Positions 23,539-30,970 of a DNA stretch of 46,647 nt are shown here, one piece after another. Numbering within the stretch: position 1 is the first letter of the stretch; every line of letters begins with the position of its first letter. The notes beneath the pieces are model-generated. The model saw only the letters and a list, made by a program, of their open reading frames with translations. It made no database searches and was not told the DNA's origin. The translations under genes and the position numbers were made by a program. Source of the DNA: a virus. The stretch spans positions 1-46,647 of IMG/VR virus record IMGVR_UViG_3300010399_000049; one strand, 5' to 3'.

Positions 23539-23693
23539 GACGGGACCTCGTAGACGTCGCGCCAGGCCAGGGCCGGCGGCTTGGGATCCTGGGCCTTGCC
23601 GGCCCGGAAGTCGGAGAGGGCGGCGTTGACGACGCACTTCAGCCTGATGAAGGCCAGCTCGCCCTCGGATAGTTCGATGGTCTGCACGGGCAT
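23532..23693 (-). CDS. First gene of the early-left operon (53 aa)
   Basis: Hand translation: MPVQTIELSEGELAFIRLKCVVNAALSDFRAGKAQDPKPPALAWRDVYEVPSC. RBS AAAGGAA 6 nt before ATG 23693. Below the ORF-track size cut-off. Confidence 0.5.
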   Translation of the reverse strand: MPVQTIELSEGELAFIRLKCVVNAALSDFRAGKAQDPKPPALAWRDVYEVPSC

Positions 23694-23719
23694 CGGGGTT
23701 CCTTTCGTCTAGCCAGGCC

Positions 23720-23748
23720 ATCGTAGCACCTGGCGCCCATGCGGTCAA
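23720..23748 (-). promoter_or_regulatory. Near-consensus promoter for the early-left operon (TTGACC-N17-TACGAT on the minus strand)
   Basis: Plus-strand ggtcaa at 23743-23748 and atcgta at 23720-23725, with an exact 17-nt spacer. Same -35, and the -10 differs at one of six bases from the 16579 promoter. Confidence 0.6.
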
Positions 23749-23758
23749 GTGCGAGTTT

Positions 23759-23789
23759 GTTGCGAGTAGGTTGCGCGGTTCGTTGCAAC
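23759..23789. promoter_or_regulatory. Three phased GTTGC(G/A) repeats (23759, 23770, 23782); candidate operators
   Basis: GTTGCGA, GTTGCGC and GTTGCAAC (an 8-bp palindrome) at 11-12 bp spacing, between the divergent early genes. Confidence 0.4.
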
Positions 23790-23807
23790 TGTGATAGGCT
23801 GGAAACC

Positions 23808-24020
23808 ATGAAGATTGCACGCCTTCTTCGCGGCAAAGAGCCTGCGACCATCGGCCTTCTTATAGGCGTCCACCGATCGAACGTCTGGCGCTGGCAGAAG
23901 GGCTTGGGGTTGCCCAAGCCTGAGATTCTGCCCTCTCTCGCCCTGGCTGTTTCGGTTCCGCTGGCCGACCTTGAAGCCGCGCTGGTCGCCGACAAGGCCG
24001 CCCGCCGGCGCCGGAAATGA
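23808..24020 (+). CDS. HTH transcriptional regulator (Cro/CI-like), first gene of the early-right operon
   Basis: MKIARLLRGKEPATIGLLIGVHRSNVWRWQKG: helix-turn-helix pattern. ATG 23808, within ORF-track ORF 23739..24020. Confidence 0.65.
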   Translation: MKIARLLRGKEPATIGLLIGVHRSNVWRWQKGLGLPKPEILPSLALAVSVPLADLEAALVADKAARRRRK

Positions 24021-24235
24021 CCCTCCAAGAGGTCGAGGCCGCCCTGGATAGCGGCGGCTTCCCCCGGTGCCCAAAGCACCCCGTCGTGGCTACCTTCTGG
24101 TGCCCCGCCGAGGGCTGTGGGGCCATCCAATGCGCCTCCTGTACCTACCAGGGCCTCTGCCGCGCTTGCGGCGGCGTCCTGCGCTCCATCGGAGCCATCT
24201 TGCTAGGCATGAAATCCCGAAAGGACCATTCGTGA
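24017..24235 (+). CDS. Cys-rich zinc-binding small protein (72 aa)
   Basis: CPKH..WCPAEGC..CASC..CRAC. ATGA overlap upstream. Confidence 0.5.
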   Translation: MTLQEVEAALDSGGFPRCPKHPVVATFWCPAEGCGAIQCASCTYQGLCRACGGVLRSIGAILLGMKSRKDHS

Positions 24236-25620
24236 GTACCACCCAGACCCCCGAGCCCGTCGATACGGCCCAGGTGCCGACCGACATCCCTGAAGCCCAG
24301 CCCCTAGCCGTTCGGCCCGAGGGCTCGAAAATCACGACCGAGGAAATCCAGGAATCCTACGGCCTGACCGATAGCGAATACTTCACCCTCCTGCGGACGG
24401 TCTGCAAAGACGCGCCGCGCCCAATCGCGGCCATGTTCTTGCTGACCTGCAAGCGCCGTGGCCTGGATCCGTTCGCGAAGCAAGTCTACCTCTGGCCCGA
24501 CAAGACGAATGACGACGGAACGCCAAGAAGCGGGTGTAGTTGGAACATCGTCACCTCGATTGGCGGCCTGCGGGCCATCGCGTCGCGGTCGCCTTACTAC
24601 CGCGGCCGTTCGAAGAAGCAGATGGAGTTCGCGCGCGACGAGCACGGCGCCATCCTGCTGTTCAAGAAAGACGACTCGCAGTACGGCAAAATCGCCGGCA
24701 AGCGCATCCCGACCGATTGCACGATTTCGGTCTATCGCGCCATTCCTCAGGCACCGACCAACCCGGAACTCTACATGGAGTTTGAGAGCCACATTCGCTT
24801 CGACGAATACGTCAAGCTCAACCGCGGCGAGAAAATCTTCGGCAACTGGGAAGTCCAGCCCGAGCATCAGTTCGAGAAGTGCTGCGAGGCCGACGCGCTG
24901 CGCATGGCTTTTCCGGAAGAAGTCGGCGGCCTCTACATCGAGGAGGAGATGCGCGACGCCCGGATCGTCAACGTCGAGCCGGCCGCTCCGGTCGAGTTCA
25001 GCCCCGAAATCCTCGACCTCGCGAAGCGCGCGAACTGGCCCGAGGGGATGCTGGCTTCGCAGGCCAAGCGCCTCGGCAACGATCGCAACCTGCTCGACCT
25101 GCTCACGAAGACCGTCGAGCGGATGGAGAGCAGCGCGCGCGGCCGCGGTAAGGGCCCGAAGGTCGTCACCCCAGCAGAAACAATCGAACACGTTCCGGAG
25201 GAAGATGAGATGCACCGCGATCTAGCCGACGAGGTCCTGGCGAAGTATGACGCGACGCCCGGCTCGCTCCAACCCAAGACCCGCGCCACGTTGTTCGCGG
25301 CGCTCGGCCGGCGCGGCATCACCGAGAAGAAAGACCGCCTCGGCTTCGCCAAGGAGTACGATGTCGACGTCGCCTCCTACGCCGCGCTCTCGGAGCGCCA
25401 GGGTCAGGTCCTCGTGCGCGTGCTGACCACCGTCGACGAGGAAACCGGCGAGCTGCGCGATCGCGTGCTCGGCGTGCGCTGCGAGGCGTGCCATGCGCTC
25501 CAGGAAGCGGCCCATGCCGCCGGATGCCCGCTCGACGAGAACAACCTGGTCGACGAGGACGAGCGCGACGACCTCGACCCGGACGCCGGCGACCAGGCCC
25601 AAGAGCCGCGGTTGCTCTAG
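24232..25620 (+). CDS. recT: RecT/Bet-type single-strand annealing protein with a long C-terminal extension
   Basis: GTG 24232 (GTGA overlap, RBS AAAGGA). Core CKRRGLDPFAKQVYLW..SIGGLRAIASRS..WEVQPEHQFEKCCEADALRMAFPEEVGGLYIEEEM. About 190 extra acidic residues follow, with CEAC..H..GC. Confidence 0.75.
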   Translation: MSTTQTPEPVDTAQVPTDIPEAQPLAVRPEGSKITTEEIQESYGLTDSEYFTLLRTVCKDAPRPIAAMFLLTCKRRGLDPFAKQVYLWPDKTNDDGTPRSGCSWNIVTSIGGLRAIASRSPYYRGRSKKQMEFARDEHGAILLFKKDDSQYGKIAGKRIPTDCTISVYRAIPQAPTNPELYMEFESHIRFDEYVKLNRGEKIFGNWEVQPEHQFEKCCEADALRMAFPEEVGGLYIEEEMRDARIVNVEPAAPVEFSPEILDLAKRANWPEGMLASQAKRLGNDRNLLDLLTKTVERMESSARGRGKGPKVVTPAETIEHVPEEDEMHRDLADEVLAKYDATPGSLQPKTRATLFAALGRRGITEKKDRLGFAKEYDVDVASYAALSERQGQVLVRVLTTVDEETGELRDRVLGVRCEACHALQEAAHAAGCPLDENNLVDEDERDDLDPDAGDQAQEPRLL

Positions 25621-25623
25621 GCG

Positions 25624-26847
25624 ATGGCGAAAACGGAACGCTTCTCCTACTCGAAGCTTGGCAAGGCCGAAACGTGCCTCGCCCGGTTCCGGGAGGAGTA
25701 CGAACGCGACCTGCGCCTGCCGCAGACCTACTCGCACACGCGCGAGGTCGGTAAGGGCGTCCACGCGTGCGCCGAGGCCTACAAGGCCGAGCTGCACGCC
25801 AGCGGGATGGAACAAGACCTCTCGCTCATCCCCATTATCGTCGAGAACTATTTCTCGACCGACCGCGAGGTCACGACCACGGCCACCTACGACGACGTCT
25901 TCTTCGTGTTCCGCGCCTTCGCGATGAAGTACCGGCACAACCCGAAGACCTATCTCGGTGCGGAGTTCTTGCTTCAGCGCGAGCTGCCCGAGACCGACAT
26001 CATCATCGAGGGCTGGCCCGACCACGTCGACGTTCAGAACGACGAGCACGGCCCGATCGTCGTCTCGGACGACCTGAAATCCGGCTACAGTTCGACGGTC
26101 ACGCCCGAGCACAAGTTCCAGGGCGAGATTGTGGACTGGATGCTCCTGCCGATGTTCGAGGGCTCGCGCGTCGGCTGGCGGGTATCCATGCCGCGCGCGG
26201 ACTTCACCTCGCCCATCGAGGAGTTCAAGCCGGAATACTCCCAGCGGCTCGAGGCCCGCATGCGCTCCATCATCGCCCGCGTTCACCGCGCGCGCGAGGA
26301 GCAGGTCTGGCCGGCCACGCCCGGATCCGCCTGCGCGTACTGCCCCATCGCCGCGAAGTGCCGCGAGCGCAACGTGCTGGCCGACCTCGACGTCGTCGTC
26401 ACCAGCGCCGACGAAGCGCAGAAGGCCGCGGCCGACCTCATCATCCTGAACGCGGCCTATGACCAGCGGCGCGAGCAGCTGAAGGCGTGGGCTGACGAGG
26501 AGGGTCCGGTCGAGGTCGGCGACTCCACGGTCGGCTACGTCACCAAGGCCGGCGGCCTCAAGATAGCCGACGCGCTCTCGCTCGTCCAGAAGCTCGGCAT
26601 CGTCGAGGTGCAACGCGAGGACGGCACGGACGACGTATCCATCGAGACCGAGGAGGAGCGCGTGCGCGTGATCGCGCTCGGGTTCCGCGCGGCCATGAAA
26701 GACCGCCTCCTCACCGTCGACGGCAACCGGACCAAGACCAAGGCCATCCAGAACGACGAACGCCTGAACGGCCTCTGGGTCGCCGGCGATTCCAAGACCT
26801 CTTTCGACATCTTCAAGACGCCAAAGAAAGCAGACGCATCTACATGA
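25624..26847 (+). CDS. PD-(D/E)XK exonuclease, Cas4/RecB-like with a 4-Cys cluster, plus a C-terminal extension
   Basis: N-terminal Cys (ETCLARF), core GWPDHVDV..VVSDDLKSG, and C-terminal CAYCPIAAKC (C-x2-C-x5-C), as in Cas4/AddB-type nucleases. Confidence 0.7.
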   Translation: MAKTERFSYSKLGKAETCLARFREEYERDLRLPQTYSHTREVGKGVHACAEAYKAELHASGMEQDLSLIPIIVENYFSTDREVTTTATYDDVFFVFRAFAMKYRHNPKTYLGAEFLLQRELPETDIIIEGWPDHVDVQNDEHGPIVVSDDLKSGYSSTVTPEHKFQGEIVDWMLLPMFEGSRVGWRVSMPRADFTSPIEEFKPEYSQRLEARMRSIIARVHRAREEQVWPATPGSACAYCPIAAKCRERNVLADLDVVVTSADEAQKAAADLIILNAAYDQRREQLKAWADEEGPVEVGDSTVGYVTKAGGLKIADALSLVQKLGIVEVQREDGTDDVSIETEEERVRVIALGFRAAMKDRLLTVDGNRTKTKAIQNDERLNGLWVAGDSKTSFDIFKTPKKADAST

Positions 26848-27014
26848 AAAAGTCCAAAATCGGCGCCGCGCGCGAGAACATCAAGCGGCTCCAGGAGACC
26901 CTCCGCGGCGTTCTTGACGCCGTCGAGAAGCAGCCGCTCAAGACCGACGCCCTGCGCAAGGAGACCGCCTACGCCGAGGTCGTCCTGAAGGAGACGGGCG
27001 CCAATGCTGATTAG
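26844..27014 (+). CDS. Small helical protein (56 aa)
   Basis: Hand translation MKKSKIGAARENIKRLQETLRGVLDAVEKQPLKTDALRKETAYAEVVLKETGANAD. ATGA overlap upstream. Confidence 0.45.
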   Translation: MKKSKIGAARENIKRLQETLRGVLDAVEKQPLKTDALRKETAYAEVVLKETGANAD

Positions 27015-27765
27015 CGAAGCGACGTTCATCGTGGTCGACGTCGAGACGACAGGGCTCGACGCCGAGGCCGATCGCATCGTGGAAATCGCGGCGGTCGCGA
27101 CCACGGCGACGGAAGTCCTGGGAATGTGGTCGACCCTCGTCGACGGGCGTCCGGTGACGCCCGACAATAGCGCGATTCACGGACTGGTCAACGCCGACTT
27201 GGTCGGTGCTCCGGTATGGCCGACCGCGCTCGACCGCTTCATCGCGTTCTGTGGTCGATTTGGCCCCTGGACCGAAGTCCGTCTCGTCGGTCACAATGCG
27301 AAGTTCGACAAAGGCTTCGTCGATCCGGACGGCCAGGACTGGCTCTGTACCAAGCGACTTGCACAGCATCTTTTCCCGGCGACCGCTCCGGGCTACTCGA
27401 ACCAGACACTTCGGTACTGGTTCGAGGATTTGCGCGCGACGTATGGCGAGGACCCGTACGTCGAAACCTTCGGCATCGCCGCGCACCGGGCACTCGGGGA
27501 TGCCCTGGTAACGGCTCGGAACCTGCGCTACATGCTCGAACAGCGTCGCCTCGACACCGCGGAGGACGAAACGGTCGAGCAGTTGATCGAACACGCGCAG
27601 AGCCCCGTCCTGTACCAGAAGTGGCCGCGCGGGAAGCATTTCGGCCAACCTATCGCGGCGGCGCCGGATTCGTACTGCGATTGGGCTGTCAAGAATATCT
27701 GCGCCGACGACCCGGATCTGAAGTTCACGCTCGAAGCGCACCTGAACCAGGGGGGGATGCTATGA
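27004..27765 (+). CDS. DnaQ-like DEDDh 3'-5' exonuclease
   Basis: ExoI FIVVDVETTGLD, ExoII GHNAKFDKGF, ExoIII HRALGDA. RBS AAGGAGA. Confidence 0.85.
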   Translation: MLISEATFIVVDVETTGLDAEADRIVEIAAVATTATEVLGMWSTLVDGRPVTPDNSAIHGLVNADLVGAPVWPTALDRFIAFCGRFGPWTEVRLVGHNAKFDKGFVDPDGQDWLCTKRLAQHLFPATAPGYSNQTLRYWFEDLRATYGEDPYVETFGIAAHRALGDALVTARNLRYMLEQRRLDTAEDETVEQLIEHAQSPVLYQKWPRGKHFGQPIAAAPDSYCDWAVKNICADDPDLKFTLEAHLNQGGML

Positions 27766-27905
27766 AAGACTCGGAGAGCTGCTTCGGGCAGATGTGCGTC
27801 GGCTGCCGGCGCACCTACACGTTCCAACTCTGGTCCGTCGCGGCCGCCGCCATGCTGTTCGGGGCGGCCATCGCGGGCGTCTGGGCGACCTGGGGCGTGC
27901 GCTGA
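27762..27905 (+). CDS. Small membrane protein (47 aa)
   Basis: ATGA overlap. CVGC, then the TM stretch WSVAAAAMLFGAAIAGVWATW. Confidence 0.4.
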   Translation: MKDSESCFGQMCVGCRRTYTFQLWSVAAAAMLFGAAIAGVWATWGVR

Positions 27906-28174
27906 TGACGAACCATGACCAGGTCGAGGCGCTCGCAACCCTCTCCGATCGCGCCGGCGCGTTGCTCGATTCCCTCGATACCGAAATCCAGGCCATCGAG
28001 AGCAGCCCGTTCATCGCCAAGCCGCACCCGAAGCTCGTCGAGGCCCGCAAGGAAGCGCACGAGGCGCGGCTGGGCGCGGAGCGCGCGAGCCAGATGCTCC
28101 GGGACATCATCCCGCCGGATCCAGAAGGCGGCGACGGCCGCCCGGTCTTGACGGCCGAGACCGAGACGTTGTAG
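27905..28174 (+). CDS. Hypothetical helical protein (89 aa)
   Basis: TGATG overlap. C-terminal part of ORF-track ORF 27794..28174. Confidence 0.5.
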   Translation: MTNHDQVEALATLSDRAGALLDSLDTEIQAIESSPFIAKPHPKLVEARKEAHEARLGAERASQMLRDIIPPDPEGGDGRPVLTAETETL

Positions 28175-28184
28175 CATCCCAGCA

Positions 28185-28281
28185 GACGAGCGACCTGCGA
28201 CGGCGGGTTACTCGTGAACCTAACTTCGCGCCGCTCGGGCCTTGCGAAGTAGCCCGACGGCGCAGGTAAAAGTCGCTCGTC
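28185..28281 (+). promoter_or_regulatory. Structured RNA/DNA element (three-way-junction-like fold); candidate cis-regulatory leader
   Basis: Perfect 10-bp pairing 28185-28194/28272-28281, plus 5 bp 28195-28199/28261-28265. These enclose hairpins 28206-28220 and 28223-28250. No credible ORF. Confidence 0.4.
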
Positions 28282-28291
28282 GACCTACTCG

Positions 28292-28341
28292 AGACCCCTC
28301 CGACGCGCAAAAATCAAGCGCACCTGGAGGGGTCTTTTCTT
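28292..28341 (+). terminator. Terminator-like hairpin whose 3' arm contains the RBS of the next gene
   Basis: agacccctcc (28292-28301) pairs with ggaggggtct (28326-28335). The 24-nt loop has an inner gcgc/gcgc stem. TTTTCTT follows, then ATG 28342. The GGAGG at 28326 is the only SD for that ATG. Confidence 0.55.
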
Positions 28342-28560
28342 ATGCCTTCCCGTTCATTTGAGCGTAACTTTTTCGGCCCGATAGCCGACCTGGCAGATGC
28401 GGTAGCAGAGGCCATCGATGCCGGTCTCAGCCCCAAAGCGGCTGCCGGGATCGTGCGTAACCGTCTGCCATTGAGCCCGACGCGGAAAGACGTGGAGGCT
28501 GTCTCCGGGACGCTAAACCAACTCACGCTCGAAATACTCGTCCTACGCGGACGTGCATGA
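28342..28560 (+). CDS. Hypothetical protein (72 aa)
   Basis: ORF-track ORF. GGAGGGG 11 nt upstream. Confidence 0.55.
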   Translation: MPSRSFERNFFGPIADLADAVAEAIDAGLSPKAAAGIVRNRLPLSPTRKDVEAVSGTLNQLTLEILVLRGRA

Positions 28561-29255
28561 ACGTGCAACAAGAGGCGGTAGCCCTGTTCCGTTTCCTTGA
28601 GGAACGGGGGTTCGACCCATCCGTTCGGTCGATCGGGAAGATGCTCAGGGCCCAGAAACTCGGGTTCCGGGATGCCGACCTTCGAGCGTGGCTGAAGCCC
28701 TTCATCGAAAGGCGGGACGCGGCCGGGCCGCAGGCCGCCGCACCCGGGCCGCACGAATCCCTCACGGGGGCCGCACCCGGGCCGCAGGTGGCCGCAACCG
28801 GGCCGCGGCTTCGCGCGCACCCTAAGGTATCTCTAGTCTCGAACTCTAGAGATTCTATCGAATCTCTACCCGGTATCGATGTCCCCACGGTAAGGGCCAA
28901 GAAGGCACGTCCGGATCCGAAGCCGGAAGACCTCGCCGCTTGGGCCATCCTCGAAGCCGCCTACCCGGTGGTCAAGGAGCACGTCGAACTCGCGATGACC
29001 CAGGCCGATTGGAAAAAGCAGAACAAGGCGGCGGCGCTCTCGCTCCAAAAGGTCGGCAAGAAGCCCGAGCAGGTCGCGGCCGCCCTGCGATGCGCGTACA
29101 CGAATCCGGAGGCCTCGCGATTCTACGGGAACATCACCCGGCTCGAGAAGCTCCAGGAGCATTGGGGAGCGCTCGTCGCGATCGCGCAGGGCAGCAAGAA
29201 GCCGGCCGTCGATTCCGGCATCCGGGAGTATACCGGGAAGCAGCGCCTCGCATGA
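28557..29255 (+). CDS. Replication initiator candidate (lambda O-like organisation: wHTH N-terminus, iteron-bearing linker)
   Basis: Sits just upstream of DnaB. The gene contains four phased repeats and an AT-rich palindrome in a low-complexity Ala/Pro/Gly linker. Confidence 0.45.
   Translation: MNVQQEAVALFRFLEERGFDPSVRSIGKMLRAQKLGFRDADLRAWLKPFIERRDAAGPQAAAPGPHESLTGAAPGPQVAATGPRLRAHPKVSLVSNSRDSIESLPGIDVPTVRAKKARPDPKPEDLAAWAILEAAYPVVKEHVELAMTQADWKKQNKAAALSLQKVGKKPEQVAAALRCAYTNPEASRFYGNITRLEKLQEHWGALVAIAQGSKKPAVDSGIREYTGKQRLA
28723..28806. repeat. Four iteron-like repeats with core CCGGGCCGC (three share the 16-mer GCCGCA(C/A)CCGGGCCGC)
   Basis: Cores start at 28723, 28744, 28777 and 28798: spacings of 21, 33 and 21 bp, i.e. 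whole helical turns. Confidence 0.7.
28822..28880. promoter_or_regulatory. AT-rich segment with a perfect 8-bp inverted repeat (candidate DNA-unwinding element)
   Basis: Hand count: 25 G+C out of 59 nt, against a GC-rich background. AGAGATTC-tatc-GAATCTCT at 28848-28867. Confidence 0.5.
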
Positions 29256-29392
29256 TTTACGACCTTTCGAAGGCGCTTCAGCGCCCCGAGTTCCTGAGCA
29301 ATCCGGACGCTTTCCTGGACCGTATCGTCGGCATCTTCGCCAGGCTCGCCTGGGCCGACGTCGTGCCCCCGGAGGTCCCGAGTGGGGAGTAA
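29252..29392 (+). CDS. Small protein (46 aa) between the initiator-like gene and the helicase
   Basis: ATGA overlap upstream; overlaps the DnaB start by 11 nt. Confidence 0.4.
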   Translation: MIYDLSKALQRPEFLSNPDAFLDRIVGIFARLAWADVVPPEVPSGE

Positions 29393-30758
29393 GACCGCGG
29401 ACGAGGAGCGCATCCCCCCGCACAACCTCGAGGCCGAGCGGGCCGCGATCGGCGCCTGCCTTGGCGATCCGGTGAACCTGGATGCCGTGCTCGCCATCGT
29501 GCGGGCCGAGGACTTCTACGCCCACACGCACGGCCGCATTTTCGAGGCCATCGCGCACCTCGCGCGCACCGGCGCCCCGGTCGACGCTATCTCGGTTTCC
29601 GACCGCCTGCGGGCTCGTGGGGAGTTGGAGAAGGTCGGCGGATTCTCGTACCTCGCGCAGCTCGGCGCGGACTTTGCCTCGTCCGTAAGCGTGGCCTATT
29701 CGGCCCGGCTGGTACGGGAGAAGTCGACCCTTCGACGGCTCATCGAGGCCGGCGGCGCGCTCGCGCGGCTCGGCTACGAGGGCGAGGTCGACGTCGCCGA
29801 TACCCTGACCCAGGCGAACAGGCTGGTCGGGAGCGCACTCGACGCCGGCACGACCCGGCGGAACATGAGCATGGCCGACGCGATCGACCGATACCAGAAG
29901 CGGGTCGTCCAGGAAGGCGGCCTGGCGTTCAATACGCCCTGGCCGATGCTCGACGACCTGACCGGGGCGTTCATCCCGGGCGAGTTGGTCATCTGGGCCG
30001 GCGATAGCGGCCTCGGGAAGTCCCAGGTCCTCACGATGCTGGCGGCCTATCTGGGCGAGTTCCACGGCCACCAGGGGCGCGTCGCCGTGTTCCCGACGGA
30101 AATGGGCCAGGACAAGACCGTCGCGCGCTTCCTGGCCCTCTATTCGGGCGTCTCGACCCGCAGGCAGCGGAACAACCCGGACGACCCCCTGACCGCGAGC
30201 GAACTCGAGCGGCTGGCGATCGCGCGCGGCCGGCTCGAAGGCTTGCCCATCGAGATGTTCGACGCCGACCGGGCCATCTCGAGCGAGGACGTCATCCTGC
30301 AGACGCGCCGGCTTCACCGCGAGGCGCCGCTTATCGCGATCATCGTCGACACCTTCGGGATGCTCGCGGACGTCGAGGAGACTGGCCGACAGTCGCTGGC
30401 ATCGATTCAGGAGACCATCATCAAGAAGTTCGCTCGGCTCGCGCTCGAGCTGGGCATCGTCGTCCATATCGTCCATCACCTCAATCGCGAGGGCAACGAT
30501 CGGCTGAAGAAGCCCACGAAGAAGGCGCTGCGCAACGGCGGGAACCTAGACGGATCCGCGTCGTCGCTCATCTTCCTGTGGGAGGACGAGAAGAAACGCT
30601 GCTGGTTCGTGGTCGCGAAGGCGCGCGAGGGCGACGAGATGGACGTCGGGATGCACCGGCACGGGAGCCGCGTCGTGTGGCTCCAGAACGACCAGGACCG
30701 CGCATGGTGCGAGCCCATCGGCATCGTCCAGGATAGCTTCCTCGAGGAGACCGGGTGA
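29382..30758 (+). CDS. dnaB: Replicative DNA helicase DnaB
   Basis: N-terminal PPHNLEAERAAIGACL.., Walker A GDSGLGKS, and RecA-like C-terminal motifs. GGAGG 6 nt before GTG 29382. Confidence 0.9.
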   Translation: MGSKTADEERIPPHNLEAERAAIGACLGDPVNLDAVLAIVRAEDFYAHTHGRIFEAIAHLARTGAPVDAISVSDRLRARGELEKVGGFSYLAQLGADFASSVSVAYSARLVREKSTLRRLIEAGGALARLGYEGEVDVADTLTQANRLVGSALDAGTTRRNMSMADAIDRYQKRVVQEGGLAFNTPWPMLDDLTGAFIPGELVIWAGDSGLGKSQVLTMLAAYLGEFHGHQGRVAVFPTEMGQDKTVARFLALYSGVSTRRQRNNPDDPLTASELERLAIARGRLEGLPIEMFDADRAISSEDVILQTRRLHREAPLIAIIVDTFGMLADVEETGRQSLASIQETIIKKFARLALELGIVVHIVHHLNREGNDRLKKPTKKALRNGGNLDGSASSLIFLWEDEKKRCWFVVAKAREGDEMDVGMHRHGSRVVWLQNDQDRAWCEPIGIVQDSFLEETG

Positions 30759-30910
30759 AGAAGGTCTGCGCGTTCTTCATCGGTCCAGCTGGTGCGCCGG
30801 CCTGCAAGCGCCCCGGGTGCGGCGCGACGTGGACGGACCACTACGGCGCCCCGCCGCGCGACGTGAAGAAAGCACCGCCGCGGCAGGCTGCGCGAAGGGC
30901 GCGGCCCTAA
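30755..30910 (+). CDS. Small Cys-containing protein (51 aa)
   Basis: GTGA overlap with the dnaB stop. Hand translation MKKVCAFFIGPAGAPACKRPGCGATWTDHYGAPPRDVKKAPPRQAARRARP. Confidence 0.35.
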   Translation: MKKVCAFFIGPAGAPACKRPGCGATWTDHYGAPPRDVKKAPPRQAARRARP

Positions 30911-30970
30911 CGATTTGGCGTCCGGATCGCGGGCGTCGAAAACCAACCTCTGCTAATCGAAAGGAACCCT

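Noticed and set aside
24067-24231. ORF-track N-terminal extension of the RecT-like gene.
   Set aside because: The extension is Arg/Pro/Leu junk that fully overlaps the Cys-rich gene 24017..24235. GTG 24232 has an RBS and a GTGA overlap.
28185-28281. tRNA, tmRNA or attP-like tRNA fragment, or a twister or hammerhead ribozyme.
   Set aside because: There is no GTTCGAATC-type T loop, no canonical anticodon loop (U33) and no CCA-adjacent acceptor geometry. There is no CUGAUGA/GAAA hammerhead core. The twister resemblance is limited to two short strings with the wrong spacing. It is kept only as a generic structured-RNA candidate.
28866-30479. 537-aa minus-strand ORF antisense to dnaB. Similar ORFs at 25222..26613, 24304..25215 and 39395..41539.
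   Set aside because: The same Arg-rich antisense artefact. The opposite strand carries DnaB, nuclease, RecT and baseplate motifs.
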